A stretch of 24,000 bases of DNA from NCBI GenBank assembly GCA_020161795.1, contig JAIUOR010000003.1:10971-34970 (forward strand), given 5' to 3'. This stretch comes from Actinomycetota bacterium. Lineage in GTDB: Bacteria > Actinomycetota > Actinomycetes > Propionibacteriales > Propionibacteriaceae. Shown piece by piece: positions 18,500 to 24,000 of this stretch. The translations under genes and the position numbers were made by a program. The notes below the pieces were generated by a model. The model searched no databases and was not told the DNA's origin. It worked only from the letters and a program-made list of their open reading frames with translations. How positions within the stretch are numbered: position 1 is the stretch's first letter; each line of letters starts with the position of its first letter.

Positions 18500-19641
18500 C
18501 GGGCATCCTCGAAGAGCTTGGCGCGGGGGTCTCCGCCGCCGGCCAGCTCGGCGTAGGCGCGCAGCGCGTCCGACGCCTCGGAGTTCAGCGCCTTGGGCAC
18601 CTCGACCTCGACGGTGACCAGCAGGTCGCCGGGCTCGCCCTTGGCGGTCGGCGCGCCCTTCCCGCGCACCCGCAGGGTGCGACCGCTGGGCGTCCCGGCC
18701 GGAATCCGCAGGCGCACCTTCTGCCCGCCGAGCGTCGGGACGTCGATCTCCGCGCCCAGCGCGGCTTCGGCGAAGGTGACCGGGACCTTGACGGTGAGCT
18801 GCTTGCCCTTGCGCGCGAAGACCGGATGCGGACGGACGTGCACGGTGACGTACAGGTCACCGGCGGCGCCGGAGTTCTCACCCGGCGACCCCTTGCCGGT
18901 CAGCCGGATCCGCTGACCGTCGGTCACCCCGACGGGAATCCGGACCTGCATGGTGCGGGTCGAGCGTCCCCGTCCGGAACCGCCGCAGGTGGGGCACGGG
19001 TCCTCGATCACCAGGCCACGGCCGTGGCAGACCTCGCAGGGCTCACTGATCGAGAACATGCCACCCGAGGTGGAGGTCTGCATGCCGCTGCCCTGGCAGG
19101 CGCGGCAGACCTGGGGCGCGGTGCCCGGACGGGCACCGGTTCCGTGACAGGTGGGGCAGGCGGTCTCGGAGACCGTCTGCATGCTCACCGTGGCGCCCTC
19201 GACCGCCTGGACGAAGTCGATCGTGACCTCGCCCTCGATGTCGTGGCCGCGGCGCGGGCCGCGGGCCTGTGAGGCCCGCCGTCCGCCGCCACCGAACAGG
19301 CCGCCGAAGATGTCGCCGAGGTTGCTGTCGCCGACATTGCGGAAGAGGTCGTCCATGGACGGACCGCCGCCGCCCGAGCCCGAGCCGGGGAACCGGAAGC
19401 CGACCCCCAGCAGTCGCCGGGCCTCGTCGTACTCCTTGCGCTTGGCCGGATCCGACAGCACGTCGTTGGCCTCGGAGATCTCCTTGAACTTCCGCTCCGC
19501 CTCGGGATTGTGCTGGTTCGCGTCCGGGTGGTTCTCCCGGGCCAGCTTGCGGAAGGCCTTCTTGATCTCCTCCGGCTTGGCGTCCGAGGAGACGCCGAGG
19601 ATCTTGTAGTAGTCCTTCTCGAGCCAGTCTTTGGTGCTCAT
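18496..19641 (-). CDS. dnaJ: Chaperone protein DnaJ
   Basis: J-domain with [32 protein letters not shown] and four zinc-binding repeats [32 protein letters not shown]. Confidence 0.97.
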   Translation of the reverse strand: MSTKDWLEKDYYKILGVSSDAKPEEIKKAFRKLARENHPDANQHNPEAERKFKEISEANDVLSDPAKRKEYDEARRLLGVGFRFPGSGSGGGGPSMDDLFRNVGDSNLGDIFGGLFGGGGRRASQARGPRRGHDIEGEVTIDFVQAVEGATVSMQTVSETACPTCHGTGARPGTAPQVCRACQGSGMQTSTSGGMFSISEPCEVCHGRGLVIEDPCPTCGGSGRGRSTRTMQVRIPVGVTDGQRIRLTGKGSPGENSGAAGDLYVTVHVRPHPVFARKGKQLTVKVPVTFAEAALGAEIDVPTLGGQKVRLRIPAGTPSGRTLRVRGKGAPTAKGEPGDLLVTVEVEVPKALNSEASDALRAYAELAGGGDPRAKLFEDAR

Positions 19642-19692
19642 CGCGCCTCCTTTCGTTGCTCGCCCACGGCGCCGGCTTGCGGTCCCTCGATC

Positions 19693-19718
19693 GTCATCCC
19701 GACGTGGGCCGGGATGAC
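19693..19718. repeat. Inverted repeat GTCATCCCG-N8-CGGGATGAC (REP/hairpin-like) in the grpE-dnaJ gap
   Basis: Perfect 9-bp arms at 19693-19701 and 19710-19718. Confidence 0.75.
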
Positions 19719-19731
19719 AGGAGTTGTCTGG

Positions 19732-22267
<2,536 letters not shown>

Positions 22268-22273
22268 CACAGG

Positions 22274-22294
22274 GTTGAGTACACCAGACTCAAC
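22274..22294. promoter_or_regulatory. HAIR-type operator, copy 2 (GTTGAGT-N7-ACTCAAC)
   Basis: GTTGAGT ACACCAG ACTCAAC, perfect 7-bp arms, 27 bp from copy 1. Confidence 0.85.
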
Positions 22295-22431
22295 TATGGG
22301 TGGGCTGTGGGTATTCCCACCTACCGACGCCTTGAGCCCGGCTTGAGAGTTCCACGGTTGTAACTCAGAGGTTCCTCAGCTTCATTGCTAGCGTCCACGA
22401 AGTCGCACCTCACCTGGCTCAGGAGTCTCAT

Positions 22432-24000
<1,569 letters not shown>

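Noticed and set aside
22420-22431. CTCAGGAGTCTCA as a fourth TGAGAG...TCTCA site
   Set aside because: Only one arm is preserved and it overlaps the ribosome-binding site of the FN3 gene, so chance similarity is more likely.

Overview
High-GC, actinobacterial-looking chromosome segment (my judgement from GC content, gene order and protein style). Left to right it contains: a LysE/ArgO-type exporter (-); two paralogous Ser/Pro/Lys/Ala-rich secreted proteins flanking an APH-fold phosphotransferase (+); an ssu/tau-type sulfonate ABC operon ending in an Rrf2 regulator (-); an OmpR-type response regulator and histidine kinase (-); a GH13 alpha-glucosidase (+); a HAD (Cof-type) hydrolase (+); an sgc-like operon with DeoR regulator, SgcQ/BtpA, PTS IIB, PTS IIC and epimerase but no visible IIA (-); an XRE regulator, an unannotated 43-aa ORF and a PASTA/DUF732-like lipoprotein sharing a palindromic operator; the dnaK-grpE-dnaJ-hspR operon with two HAIR-type operators (-); and the start of a large secreted FN3 plus endonuclease/exonuclease/phosphatase-like protein (+). 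The best candidates for something undescribed are (a) the KSPVS-repeat protein / kinase-like enzyme / second KTP-repeat protein cluster, whose two paralogues each carry a TGAGAG-NN-STCTCA-type dyad about 63 nt upstream of the start codon, with the same 14-mer also in front of the sensor kinase; and (b) the XRE / 43-aa peptide / lipoprotein module with GTGGGAT-NN-ATCCCAC operators. No CRISPR array, tRNA, rRNA or convincing mobile element was seen. All family assignments are by eye, with no database search.
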